Source: Ginglymostoma cirratum
Taxonomy: Eukaryota
DNA length: 64,000 bases
Assembly (NCBI GenBank): GCA_024137785.1
Contig: JAHRHZ010000021.1
Coordinates: 41,504,442 to 41,568,441, forward strand
Reading direction: 5' to 3'
Every line of letters begins with the position of its first letter. The first letter of the stretch is position 1. Under the pieces are notes generated by a model. That model ran no database searches and was not told where the DNA came from. It saw only the letters and a list, made by a program, of their open reading frames with translations. The position numbers were made by a program, and so were the translations under genes. This document shows positions 12,421 to 25,769 of this stretch, piece after piece.

Positions 12421-13520
12421 CAGTACAATTGGAAATAGAAAGGTACCGTGGAATAAGAAATAATGAGTATAACTTTGAAATGAATATACCAAATGCTTGA
12501 GGTATACATCTAGTGCAGTAGCAACTAGAAAGAGATAAGATAAATCTTCTGGATATTAAAATGAAAAACTATTACGAACATTATCCCGTCTTAACTGCAG
12601 AACCCACATTATTCCACGTATCTTCTATTCTGATCACATCAAGACATTCATTTGATGAATGCAAATAAAAGCTGGGAGATTGGTGCAGTGAACAAGGGGA
12701 GAAATAAGTGTTTTCAGAATTGCATTTTACTTTGAACAAGGTAAATGCAACATTGGAAAAATAAAACAAGTTTGTCTGTAACGTTGTCCACAGTTAGCTT
12801 ATAAATACAGAGATTATACTTTGATGGACTTTAGATATTGTGAAGTCACCCATTGCCTGATCATCGCAATACAATGAGCAAGTAATGCCGTCAGTGAATT
12901 ACTCGAGCCTGTCTAGTGAAAATCATATGGTGCGGTGGTGGGGAGCAGGCTGAGGGGATTTACAAGTTACCATGATGTCTTACTTGCTTTGGATCAGGGA
13001 ACCAACTGGTTCCAAATTTCATTTGCTCTCTTGAGGAGGCAGCTAGAAACACCCCAAAAATGTTGTTTTACATGCACATCAAACCCAAGTAGAGTTCAAG
13101 ATGTGGCCACAGCAAGCAGCTAATTGTGGTTGGACTGACTGGGAGACAAAGAGGATAGAGGCTTTTTGAAATATTAAACAAAAAAAAAATCTTTCAACCC
13201 TGTCCCAAAGATGTCAAATCTGTGCAAACATGAAATAGGTTTGCGGCACAGCAAGTGTACACACCTAAGACAATTCAAAATAAATATTCAAATACGCTGA
13301 TAAAACACAATAAAAATAAGGAATCCGAAAGGTTTTTTTGCACAGCAAAATGAGTAGGAAGATTCAGCAAAGCTGAAGCCAAATTGTGTTTCGAGGGCTA
13401 CCATTGTTGAAACATGGATTAGAACGTATCACATTGAAAAATAATCCACTAATGCATAATGAAGTATTTAAAAACTTAACAATTTTAAATTCTAGTCATT
13501 TTTAAAATTCAACCATCTAC

Positions 13521-13730
13521 CTTTGGTTCTGGAGGGAAAAGTGCTCGAGTCAGTCGATACAAGTTTCCCAAGCTGAACTGGATGCTGGTATTGGTGACTC
13601 GCAGTTCGTGGAAGTTGCTGGGGTTGTCTCGAGGACAGATATCACTTTCTCCGGAGAATGGAGACACTGTAATTGTGTTCTTCAATTCAGAAAGAGGTAA
13701 ATTGTTGCTGATCCCTCCATCCACATAACG
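13521..13730 (-). CDS. PNPLA3: PNPLA3-like coding exon 4 ([12 protein letters not shown]...ALFPPEPK)
   Basis: Contains catalytic DGG (D166), tAG acceptor, AAG|GTAGA donor, 210 nt. Confidence 0.96.
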
Positions 13731-14049
13731 CTAACAAAATAAAAAGGGATTCATTTTAAATGTAATATTATGGCTTGTACATTAGATCTCCAGTTCAGAC
13801 TGAGAATGCCTTTTAAAGGCAAAATTTCATCCAAAGTCAGGTCGTAAAACAGTTAGTTCAAGAAAAATAAAATGTTAACATTTTTTAAAAAAGGAAAATT
13901 GGAAAACTGAGTCCAAATATTGCCAGCTTGCATAATAGTGTCGGTGTCGTGTGAAAGAATGGGAATTATAAATTCAAGATAATGCAGCAATCTTTTGGAT
14001 TTCAAGCATGCTAACTTGTCCTGTGTGAGATAAGCTATTTAATTAGTAG

Positions 14050-14360
14050 TGTGGTCAATAACCAGGAGGATGAATTTAAAGCAAGAGTTAGAAAACCAGA
14101 AGGAGCGCCAAGGAGAATTTTTGTTCCCACACACATGGTGATGGGAGTGTTGAACTCACTGCCAGAAAGGGTAATTGAATTAGAAAAGCTAACATTTGAA
14201 CAGTATTCAAATATTCACTTTGGTTACCATAGCCTCCAGGGCTATGAGCCAAGAGCTGGAAAATAGGATTACTGTAGTCACATCTTTGTTGACCAGCGTG
14301 GCTACTATGGGGTGAATGGCCTCCTTTCTGTATGTGCTGTAAACAACCACGAGTCTACAA
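14050..14360 (+). mobile_element. CR1 3' fragment
   Basis: NSLPERVIE..LQGYEPRAGK; gaatggcctcctttctgt tail. Confidence 0.7.
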
Positions 14361-14739
14361 TCAGATAGATCATTAGCACTCTTAAGAGACTCTACAGCTC
14401 ACACAAGTATGTTTTTGGTTTGAACTTTTGAGAATATTGGAATGAGACAAAGCAAATTTAAAACCAAAGCTCTCAAACAGAAGCACCAGTGAGCATTTTG
14501 GTAGAGTTTGGAAGTGTTCTGATCAAGGAACAAAAGTCATCTTTGAGGTTGATGGAAGCATTAGGAGGCAGTGCCATGCAACACCAAGGTTGAGCTAACT
14601 TAATTTATGACAATGCCACATTGGAATGAATATGTAACAGCAGTTACGGAGTGGACAATCAATCCTGCCTTGCCAATAACACGCTGATTAGAAACAAAAA
14701 AAGACAAACAAAAAAAGAAAGAAAGAGTTTACGCTATTC

Positions 14740-15030
14740 TCTCACTAGAGTTAGAGGGCACTATTTTAAAATTAGTGGTCACCCTTTTAGGGCAGATGAG
14801 GGTATTTTCATGCTGACGTGCAACTTTGGAACACTTGGCCTCAGGAGGGGATGGAAACAAGGGCATTGAATACTTTAGGACAGGTGAATAGATTTTTTGT
14901 TAGGCAGGGAATCAAGGGCTATTGGAGCTAAAAGGAAACAAAAAAAAACCCAACTCAGCCATGACTTTTCGTTTGAATGGTAGAGCCTGCTCAAGGGATC
15001 AAATGATCTACTTCTGATCCTATTTTGTAT
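14740..15030 (+). mobile_element. CR1 3' fragment
   Basis: RVRGHYFKISGHPFR; cagccatgac..gaatggtagag tail. Confidence 0.65.
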
Positions 15031-15479
15031 TATCTTAGTAAAATGTCAAAATTGAAGAAAGATGCTTAACGAGAGAACAGGTAGGGGTAATTAACTAATG
15101 TGTTTGGTTTGTTGGGGAAGGGGACTCCAGAATTGGGAATGTGCAGTATTAATAGTATGGGGAATTGTTCTGGAAATTTAAATTAAAGCAACTTTTCAGG
15201 TAGGGCCTGCCCAACACTCTACATTCCTACATTCTTTTGGTTTTTATTTAGTCTACATTCCTACTCTGTCCCCCATATGACTGGCTCCCTGTGCTGAGGT
15301 GCTATGGCCAGTTCACTCATGCTCCCTGCAGTCCCACGCCCATCTGCACAGCTGGATGTTTTTAGGGACTCAAAATTTAACCTCCGAACCTTTGCTCCTC
15401 TTGTCTTGGTTGTGTTTTCTCCATTAAGATGACAACTTCCAGGGAAATTCATGGTTATGCCATTAGGCAGTGGGAAAAA

Positions 15480-16630
15480 AATTGATTATCAATTGTACTC
15501 AAGGTATCAGAGGAGATTAAGTTCTTGGGATTATAGCAGGAAGGTCAATGTAAGGATACTGTCAAACAGACAAACAAAACAATCTATTGATCGTCAAGTC
15601 TGCCCAACCTTATGGATTAGTTTATTTTAAAAAGAATTTCAAGTTATAAACAGAAATCACAGCAAGTCAATGATTTGTGTGAGGTCACAACTCGCGGAAC
15701 ACAGCAGATTAATTGGCAGGCACTGTCACAATATTGTATACAAATGGCACATGGAGTCCTCAAATGAGCATTCTCTTAAGGAAACAGCACAAAAAGTAAA
15801 ATGTTGTGTTGATTGTTATAAAACTGAGGAACAATGCAGGAAGGCACATGAACTCAATGGTCGTCTGAAGTACAGCATTTGATACTACTGAGACCATGTC
15901 AGAAGTACTGCATGCAGATTTGGTCTTATTTTGAAAAGGATAAGAAGTTATTGCAAGTATTAATAAATACTATGAAGAGAATTAGGATTATCTGAATGTG
16001 AAAATTGTGCAGAGTTACAGTACAATTCATCCTACGTGTGCTGTTCCACTTCCACTGACCTCACAAACCTTCCTTTGTAGTGTAGAGTTGATGTCATGTT
16101 GTGACTGTACGGGATATTGCTGAGCCCACTTTTAGAATACTGCATACAATTATGGTCACCCTTCTGTAGGAAAGATGTTAAACTTAAGGGTGCAGAAAAG
16201 ATTTACAACGGTGTTGCCAGGGTTGGAGGGTTTGAGCTATGGGAAGACGCTGAATAGGCTGAGGCATATTTCCCCTTGAGCATTGGAGGCTGATGGATGG
16301 CCTTATGGGTTTAAGGTCATGAAGGGACATGGCTGGGGAGAATAGCCAAACTATTTTTTCTACGTGAGGGAGTCTAAAACCAAACGGCCTAGCTTTAAGG
16401 CGAGAGAGGAAAGATTTAAAAAGGACTGAGGGAGTAACTTTTTCACACAGACAGTTTGTGTCCATGGAGTGAGATGCCAGATGAAGTGGTGGATACAATT
16501 AAAAACCTTTAAAAGGCATCTGGATGGGTACATGAATATGAGGGGTTTAAAGTGATATGGGCCAAATGCTGGTAAATGGGAGGTGGTCAGATTGGGATGT
16601 ATGGTCAGTGCATATTACTGACTCTAATAC
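15480..16630 (+). mobile_element. Two adjacent CR1 fragments (old 15480-16000, younger 16075-16630)
   Basis: gggtgcagaaaagatttacaacggtgttgccagg..gatttaaaaaggactgaggg.. Confidence 0.7.
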
Positions 16631-17949
16631 AAAACTGATGGCACTGTTTTGGCTTTCCTCCATCGCCCTTGCCACAAACAACTACCCACACTCTTAGGCT
16701 TTTAAAACCAAGAAAAACAGTTTGATCTGCATTCTTATGGCTTTTCAACTTGGGCGATATTTAAGGACCATTAACTCAATAAGATGACAAATCGGCATTC
16801 TTCAGAAAATATTTTTATGAGCTTTCTGCAGTCACTCATTTTTCTATGAAGGTTGCGGTGAAGAATGGCTCTTTATATTTTCCTCTCTCAAACCTATGTA
16901 AAAGGGAGGCAAATAAAATGCCTCCCAATTCAAACTGTGTAGTCTGTAAAAAAAAAAAAAAAAAAAAATCACAAATCCTCCATACAATCACCTTACAATG
17001 ATCAATTCCAAATCCAGTCACTCGTACTGATGCCATGAACTGGGCATACTAACAGAGTTGCAATAGTAGTCAATTACAAGAACACTAACATTGTATAAAA
17101 TACACAAGTGGAAAAAAATACAAATCACAAAACATTCTTTTGACTGTGAGCTATACACCTTTGCTCATGTGTATTTTTGTAAATAGCTAATGATTTTCAT
17201 TGTCAATAGCATTACACTGTTTTGGAGAACCTAATTATAAGGGCATTTTATGTAGGTTCAGTAAACTTATTATGCCTATTGTAAATCAAGAACCTTATGA
17301 ATTCTTTTGTATTTATGTTATTTATTTCTTCACTCCTCCTCCTCTACCATCCCATCTTCACACTTAAAACAGAAAAGCTCAATTTCACAGCGTCTGATAT
17401 CAGAGGCAACAATCATTGAGGGCTAATCCCTGAACTCACATTGGCAGCAGCACAGTAAGTAGGTAGGGTGGGGACAGAAAGAACTACAGAGCAATAGGAC
17501 AAGTCAAATGTTTTACTTTTAATTAAAGAGATTGGTCATCATCAAGGTTGAAAAAAAAAAAGAGATAAGAAAATAATTAAATGGCAGTGGTTAGATTATG
17601 CTAAACTGGGGACTTCCATATTTTTCTAAAAATGAGATTGATTTTCTTTGTATCAATACCTCATCAAGAGGTGATTCTAATGCTGAACATTCAAAGTGCA
17701 AGATCAAACTTTGGCCAATTCTTCCCATGTTCTATAATGGAAACTCCTACCTTATTAACAATTAGATATTGGGGGAAACCAAACAGCAAAGAATTCATCT
17801 AGGTCCTTACGCAAAATTACTTTGAAGATTTCTACCAGTTGTCATTACAGTTTTCACCAGAAGAAATCAGAGACATTCTTATAGTCTTGCTACATACCAG
17901 AAAAATTTGCTAAAAAACATGAAGATAGAACTGTGGATGAAGACAATTC

Positions 17950-18088
17950 AAAACAAAAGCAGAAATTGCTGCAGAAACTCAATAAGTCCGCCAGCAACTG
18001 TGAAGAGAAAGCAGAATTAATATTGAGTCCAGTGATCAGGAGAAAGGTCACTGGGTTCAAAATGTTAACTCTGCTTTCTCACCACAGA
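17950..18088. mobile_element. Degenerate fold-back family A mini-element
   Basis: gcagaaattgctgcagaaactc...ggtcactgggttcaaaatgttaactctgctttctc. Confidence 0.65.
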
Positions 18089-18371
18089 AAGTTTGCTATC
18101 CCACTTGGGGGAAAAAAACACAAATGGCAGATCCATTCATCTTTGAGTCAGCAGATCAAATTCCTGTTCATGACTTTTGTGACCAAAAGTTGTCAATGTT
18201 GCAACATTCTTAAAGGCTCTTGTATTGAAATCAGGCGTTCCGAATCAGTCATGTTCAATCCCCATTGATGCATGACCATTTAGCTATATTAACCCTCCTC
18301 TACAGGTTAAGAGGGGTTTTAGTCAGGATTGAAGAGATAGGCTTTTCAGAACATCAAAAACAGACACTTAC

Positions 18372-18437
18372 CACTCCTCGAAAAGATGGCGGAATAAGTC
18401 CACAATAAATTGGAACAAAGGCACTGCAGATCAGAGC
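18372..18437 (-). CDS. PNPLA3: PNPLA3-like coding exon 3 (ALICSAFVPIYCGLIPPSFRGV)
   Basis: cAG acceptor, GTG|GTAAGT donor, 66 nt. Confidence 0.96.
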
Positions 18438-19905
18438 CTGATAGGAATAAGCAAATACAGAAATATTTGTGATAGGTACTTTATAAACGCAGTATCCAGA
18501 GCTAAAGCACAAAACACCACAAGTTATATAATGAAGTGCAGGAATCAGATCCAAAAAAAAAAAAAAAAAAAAAAGCATCGACATAGTTGGGCCTCAGGGA
18601 AGGAAGGGGAAAGAAGAGGAAGTATTTTTAAGTTATGCAACTTTCTTTTTGGGTGGGGGGGGGGGGGGGAAGTGTTGATCATTTGCACATACCCAAACCT
18701 CAGACAAAAACATGTAATGACCAGTCATTGCAGTGAGAAAGGACACTTGGCCAAGAGACAGCAACTGTCAGAATGCTTGAACAGGCTTAGACTTTCAAAT
18801 AGAAACTTTGCTTCTTTGCTTAAACAGTCCAATTTACTCATGAAATTGACATTTAACAGTGCTAGTTGTACTAATATTTGTTTGAATTTGCTTATAAATA
18901 GAACAACATTAAAACAAAATAAGCCCATCAGTAACTCAATCCCTGCACGATTTTGACATTGCATAAAATCCTGACCAGTCCATGATGAATGTAGGATGTT
19001 AACCATTGGCTTCAAAGGAAACTGCACACAAAAAAAAAATCTAGCAATCTGACAAGAACGGCTCATTTTCCCGCAGTAATCTAAATCTGCTATCAAATCA
19101 AGGAGATATTTTACTGAGCCACCTCAATGGTGTCACCAAGCAACTAGACAATCACATTGAAGTACTCATACACAGCAGAACAGGAAGTTACAAAGTCTTA
19201 AAATCTTTCATTTACATTTCCAGGTTTACAATTATGTTATGACTTCATTAACATAAAACTAAAATCAAGTGAGGCGGACTTTCAAATGTTTGCCAAAATA
19301 TGGCAGTATTCAGTGGATAAATTTGACAGTACACAAGTGTAAAATTAACTATTTAGGGCCATTGATCATGGTCAATAGTAATTATGAATGATCAAAACAC
19401 CCAGTTATGCCTCATTCAACAAGTGCAACATTTTCCCAAGTTTCTTTATAAAATAAGAAAATCTGGCAGCTTTAGATAGGTGTTTTTGTCGATTTGTGAT
19501 TTCAAGGGAGACAGCAGTCTGTGGGAACCTTTTTAGTGCACCGTATGGAGCAGCATGCATTTACCAATAGCACCTTTGGATTTGTTTAATGCTGCACACG
19601 AACACGATTGCTCAGGTTTCAGTACAGGTATGATAGCAAACGTTTACAGTGGCACTGACCCTGATTTTGCTGTTACAATGGCAATATGCAAGGAGTCACA
19701 ATCACTCACACATTAGAACTCCTAAAATTTGTCGTCACTACTGAGCGATAGGTTACCCTCATCCCCATTCTGGTGTGGAGGTACTCAGCAATTCACAGAC
19801 TATTGGCCTCAGTTGCAGTCCCACAGCATCCCTTTGCACAATCCTAATAGAGGTAGAATTTCTAACTCAGCAGGTAAACAACTGTTCAAGGAGATTCCAT
19901 CCTAC

Positions 19906-20138
19906 CTGAATGAGTTCTTCCTTGGAGTTGAACTCAGAGACCAGCACATTCTCACCGTCAGGTACCCGTGTAAGAGAAATGCAGAGCCTGCCTGTGGCTA
20001 GCTGGTGTGCATTTTCCGGAAGACTCCTGAAAAGTCCATTTTTCAATATTTTTACTAAGTTGAAGGATGGGTGCAGAGGTCCCAAATTTCTTTTTCTAGC
20101 TTCTTTAGCCACTTTCATGACGTCTGCACAACAACTGT
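19906..20138 (-). CDS. PNPLA3: PNPLA3-like coding exon 2 ([27 protein letters not shown]...SKEELIQ)
   Basis: ttttcaAG acceptor, CAG|GTAGG donor, 233 nt, patatin-domain sequence. Confidence 0.96.
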
Positions 20139-20802
20139 CTTGAAAAAGTTACACAAAGAACAAAGTTAAACAAAGTATTGCAGGTCATCAATGCATGAAG
20201 AAAAGATTATACATTCAGAATAATGTCGCTTACAAAGGGAGCCATTCAGCCCATTAGGGCTTCTAAAAGAGCTGCCAAGGACCTACCAAAATAACTTCCC
20301 ATTCTTTCCATAAAATGTTATAAATTTGCCCTTCCCATTTAAAAATTCTCTTTCTGAAATTATTAGAGAAAAATGCTTTAATCATCATTTCAGGCAATGC
20401 ATTCCAGATCATAACCTACCGTGTATTAAAAAAATAAACGTCTTAATGCCCCTCTGGTCTCCACATCCATCACACTAAGTGCATATTTTTGATTACCGAT
20501 CACTGACCCTACTGCTAGCATTCGTAACTCGAAAAAACCTTTTGTAAATCTTTTACGACGATTCTCTATTCCAATGAGAAAAACTCTTGCTTCTCTAATT
20601 TCTTCACATATTTCACTGTGCTACCATCCAAGAAGACTATGTAGAAGAAATTTAGAAGGCCTTAACATTAGTTCCTAAAGTGTAATTGCCAAATTTGAAA
20701 AGAATAATTCAGTTGTGGACTTATTGTATATAACTAAATTATACCTCAAGCCCAGGATCGCTTTTAAAGTAAGAGTTTCAACTTTCTGATGATCCGAGCT
20801 GA

Positions 20803-21745
20803 TGTTATTATTGGACAAGTCAGATCCTAGACTGAAATCTGGCTTGATACATCATTTCTTTTCGGTTTTAACTAGATAGTCTCTCACTAAACACAAGCAC
20901 AAAATGCTACAGCTGTTTTGCCACGTATTGCTTGGGAATGTGGTTCTAAGGTGGAGGTAATGGGATTTTTGGTTCAGTTCTGCGAAGGTGACCTTTTTTA
21001 GAAAAAAATGGATAAGAAACTCTTTTTTTTGAGCAAGGAGTTGAAAATAGCTTAAGCATACAACCTGAGATCAATGACAAGCGAGTTACCTAGAGATGAA
21101 ATTGCAGGGATGTTTATAAAGTTGAATTTTTGCAACTATGCAAAAGACAGATGGTCAACAGCCTCAAGCATTCAAGTTCAGAAGAAAAGATGCATTCCAA
21201 AAAAAAAAGGCCGTCTTTAACTTGTGGAGGTTTTCAGGCTATCAGAGTTGGAAAGAAGTCTTAAGCTGCTTTAACAGCTCCAGTGCACAGGTCAGGAAAA
21301 AGCCAGCACATCTTCCTTCAGGTTCAATGAAAAAAGGTGTGGGTGTCTTGGACAGACAAAGTCACAACTGGTCAATGTACAAAAAGGTTGTGAAAGGAAT
21401 TACTTATAAACCTGCCAATTGAAGAGATCTTACGATAGCAATAATGCATGACTTGGGTTCAGGATCTGTAAACGACATTTTTAGAAGAAAAGGTTAATTT
21501 TTGTTCAGTTGTTCATGATAAGATCTTTCCAAAATGTAATTTTTAGAAAGGTTGTCTCTCCCCTCTCCTTTTGGTGTAATACACTCATGTCCTTTTGTAT
21601 AAATGTGCTTTAAATATGTTTGTACAAAGTTGCTAATAATTAAACATAGGTAACCAAAATACAAGAATAAAATTTTGGTCTATCAATCTAGCTTTCACTT
21701 TGGAATCAGACTTTTCCAGTATTACCATCATTCAGGGTCACAACA
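20803..21745 (+). mobile_element. Probable solo LTR
   Basis: TGTT...AACA termini, AATAAA at ~21666, ~940 bp; TSD not well preserved. Confidence 0.45.
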
Positions 21746-21959
21746 CTTGGTTTCATAGTAACAAACCAAAGAATTTCGATAGTGATTCTGACAAGTGCAG
21801 CTACAGGGGGAGGAAAGTAAATTACAGTAAAATAAAAAAATTCCTCGAGGAAGAACAGCTGCTTCAACTTCGTGATTTCTGCCAAGATCAAAGTCTACAA
21901 TAGTGGCGTGTCAGGCTAAAATGGAGCAAGTGGCAGCCTGCAGCAGGTCCTTTCCTTCA

Positions 21960-22620
21960 AAACCAGGAGTTATTGAGAGTTGTGAGGAGGATGTAAGGAA
22001 GCTTCTGGGTGATCAAGACAGGCTGAGTGCATGGGCAAACACATGGCAGATGCAGTATAATGCAAATAAACATGAAGTTATACACGTTGGTGTGAAAAAT
22101 CAGAAAGGCAGCATATTACTTAAATGATCTACTCTGGCAAGTGTGGAATTACATAGGTTTCTGGGTGTCTCTGTGCATTTGTCAATGAAAGTAAACAAGC
22201 AGGTAATTAGGAAATCACATAATGGTATGCTGGCCTTCAATGCAAAGACGATTTGAGGTCAAAAGTAGGGATGTCTTACTCCAGGTATACAGGATCCTCA
22301 TAAGACCACACCAGGAGTGTTGCACATAGTTTTTTTTTTCTCCGTATCCAAGGAAAGATGTACTTACCGTAGAGGGAGTGCAGCAAGGAGATATTTGTTC
22401 GAATGGGCTTGTATTCACTAGAGTTTAAATGACTGAGGGGATCTGATTGACAAGTATAAAATTCTAACAGGGCTAGACAGACTAGATGTAGGAAGGTTTT
22501 TTTTTCACCTGATTCAGAGTCTAGAACCAGGGCTCACAGTTTCAGGATATTGATGCGGCCATTTGGGACTAAGATGAGGAAACATTTCTTTATTCAGAGT
22601 AGCCAACTTGTGGAACTGTC
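21960..22620 (+). mobile_element. CR1 ORF2 remnant
   Basis: DQDRLSAWANTWQMQYNANKHEVIHVG. Confidence 0.8.
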
Positions 22621-23087
22621 AAAAATCAGGAAAAGGGGTTTGAGAGATCATGTCTTCCTCCTTATTTTGCTAAGGCTGGTTGACATGGAGCCTTGTCTGC
22701 TGCCAATATCACTCCATGACTGAGCTTCAGGAGCAACATGAAAGATACTGCAATGTCATTCAACTCACCTCCTGGGAGTTTACTGTGGACACATAGTCCA
22801 CATTGCACCTGTGTATCACAGCATTTTACCATCCATTAATCCAAACCTTAACGTCCATTAATTTAAGAGAACTGTAATTGTACACAGGAGTCAGCTACAA
22901 AAGTGACAGTTTAATATGTTCGCTGTCAATGTACATCTGATTTCTAGGAGTTCAGCCCATGCAAAGGCCCAACTTTGAATTGGATGAGCAACAACGGTCT
23001 TCACGCTCACCAAAACAAACAGGCTTAAAACCAGAACAAAGACTAAGGCAAGAATCCAAATATTTTTATGAACAGTGACCGGAAGAA

Positions 23088-23256
23088 AAACAAAACAGAA
23101 ATTGCTGGAAAATCTCAGCTGGTCTGGTAGCATCTGTTGAGAGAAATCAGAGTTAATTTCCAGGCACAGTGACTCTTACTCAGAACGAGATTTTCCAGCA
23201 ATTTCTGTTCTGGTTTCTGATTTCCAGCATCGGCAGTTCTTTTAGGTATTTTATTT
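23088..23256. mobile_element. Family A Penelope-derived mini-element with partial inverted arm
   Basis: Similar to the 27778 element; TSD agtgac(c/t)ggaagaa at 23074-23087 and 23257-23270. Confidence 0.75.
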
Positions 23257-23949
23257 AGTGACTGGAAGAAGTTGCATTTAGTATTTCACTAAACATCAGA
23301 CTGTTTTGATTAATATTTTTAATTTGTCCTCTAAACAGAGGCCTCACCACAACCACAACACCCCCCCACTTCAAAACCGATCTGGGGATTTCACTCAGGA
23401 CTCTTGTTCACCGGAGGTTAATCACCTAATAAATACTGCCTTGTCTTAAATGGAACTATATTAAATGAACTTGGTACAGTTGCAGTCAAACATACCAAAG
23501 TGACATTAAGCACCAAGCAAATGCATATTAAAACAATGAGGGTGCTGATATTATTGCATTCCTCATGAAATCAAGAACAATTTAAGTTAATCATTTCAAT
23601 TGACAATATTTGAGTGTTCTCAGAAAGAAGATGGGAGAAAAGGGTACGTACAAAATGTAAATTTGTAATGAGCTCAATTCCTTTACTCAGTACGTTTACC
23701 AATTAATTTGACATAGTTTTCTAAACCACAAATTTTCTGTTCAAGATTTTTATGTCAGATAACTCAAGGACATCTGTACATTGTGGCAACATATACAGTC
23801 TAACAAGCCCAACAGCAGAAACAACCATTCTGCATATGGTTTGGGGAAATAAAACAGGTGGAAGAACCATCACTGGGATAGTATGTTGGTGGGAGCAACC
23901 ATAATCCTATTTGCATCATGGAAAAAAAGATAGCCCAAGAGTTCAAAAA

Positions 23950-25100
23950 TGGAAATAGAAAATACTGGAAATGCACATCAAGTCTGGCAGCAACTGTTAA
24001 AACAGAAAAGTAAATGTTTCAACTCAAGGACCATTGTTCAGAATCGGGTGAAGACAAAATGTAACAGGTTTTGAACAAATGCAAGAGAGGAAGGAAGGAG
24101 GAAAAAACAAATGGGATAGTCTGTGATAAAATACAGGGTGGCAAATAGTATCTTCTAAAAAAAAGCGGTCCACGGTACAAAAGACAAAATAAGTGCTAAT
24201 AGCTGTAGTAGTAGAATGGAAGTCTCCAGAATGGGTCTGAATGGCAACTATGTCCAAAAGCAAAACATGAAAAATACAATTGAGACTGGCACATTGCAGA
24301 AACAAAGTTCACAAGCCTGAACCTGTTATCCTTGACTGTTGAGTCCACAAGGCTGGAAAGCGCCTCAAAACATGAAGTGCTATTCCTCTAGTTGCTGTCA
24401 AAACTTCACTGAAGATCAAGGATGGAAACATGCACATGATAACAAGGCAGATGATGAAAATACTCAACCTTGGGGTAATGCTTGTGGACTGAGCAGAGGT
24501 GTCCCAAAGGCTGTAGCCCAATCCATGTTTGGTCTTGCTGAGGTAGGACAATGTATTTGCTGCTCACAATGCATTCTAAATTGAAGTAAATAATTGTGTA
24601 TGTGAATAACGTATGTAGAGACAGACATGTTAAAGAAAGAATGTGACAGCATTGGTGACATGGAAACAAAGATTGCTGATAATAAGCCGAGAGAGAGAAA
24701 TAAATGATGGTAAGGTGCTAACATGAAGTGCACGTTTGAAAATGAGGGCCTAGGGGTGGGGGGGAAAGACTAATGAAAATAAAAGAAGGGATTGATGTTC
24801 TAAAATTGCTGAACATAAATGTGGAGTCCTGAGAGCTGTAAGTTACCACGGTGAAAGATGAGGTACTGTTCTTCAAGCTTGCAATGAACTTCCCTGCAGC
24901 ACTGTAACTTGCCCGAAACAGAAATGTTGGCATGGAGCATGCTGATGTATTGAAGTGGCAAGCAACTAGAAATGTGGGGTTATTTTTACAGACAGAATGT
25001 ATATATTTGGCAAACTGGTCACCTAGACTGTTTCATCTCCCCAGTGTAGAGGAGACCACATTGTGAACAACAAATAAAGTCAACAAGATTGAACGAAGCT
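23950..25100 (-). mobile_element. Decayed Penelope-like elements: two tandem GIY-YIG endonuclease C-terminal remnants plus 3' terminus
   Basis: Reverse translation gives CSQCGLLYTGE (~25036-25068) and KLEEQYLIFHRGNLQLSGL..FSNFR (~24800-24880); second copy ~24320-24590. Confidence 0.7.
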
Positions 25101-25255
25101 ATTGTCATTGACCTGTACTTAACATTCTTCATTTTCAAATCCCCTTAGGAGTGGATTTTCTTAAAACTTAAAAATTTAAGGTATAATCATGCACATTTGA
25201 ATACTGCTTGTAAATCAGTCAAGTGGCTTGGTTCACCTTCAAGATCTATCAGTAA

Positions 25256-25449
25256 TGAGATTGTTGAGGTTGGTTGGCTCGCCAACTTTCGCAGACGTTT
25301 CGTTACCATGCTCTGATGAGGCTTCATCTGAGGCTACACTCAAGATGATACCAAGCATGGTAAAGAAACGTCGGCAAAACAAGAAACCAGCTTGGCGAGC
25401 CAACCAACCTCAACACACAACCCGAGCTACAAATCTACTCCAAAACCTT
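25256..25449. mobile_element. Fold-back Penelope-derived mini-element (family C)
   Basis: Perfect 24-bp inverted repeat 25262-25285/25392-25415, inner 18/19 IR, TSD agatc(t/g)atcagtaa. Confidence 0.75.
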
Positions 25450-25522
25450 AGATCGATCAGTAAAGATTTGTAACAATTGTTAAAACGGTCTCTTTCCTAA
25501 AAAGTATATCTGCGGCGGATAA

Positions 25523-25769
25523 GTCACAGTGTGGAGCTGGAGGAACACAGCAGGCAGCATCAGAGGAGCAGGAAAGTTGACGTTTCAGGTTGGGACCCTT
25601 CTCTTTCAGGATGGAGGAGATTACCAGTGGGTTGCAGTGGGAGAGAGAGATCCACTGAGGTCTTTCCAGAAGGAGGGGGATAACTTCAAGGTGGGCATCC
25701 TTGGAAGAGGTTTCGCAGTGGGGTTATAACTCACTCATATAATAAGAACTGCAGATGCTGGAGTCAGAG
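25523..25769 (-). mobile_element. Penelope-derived mini-element (family B), circularly permuted
   Basis: Homologous to 33358-33850; degenerate 14-bp TSD at 25509-25522 / 25770-25783. Confidence 0.7.
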
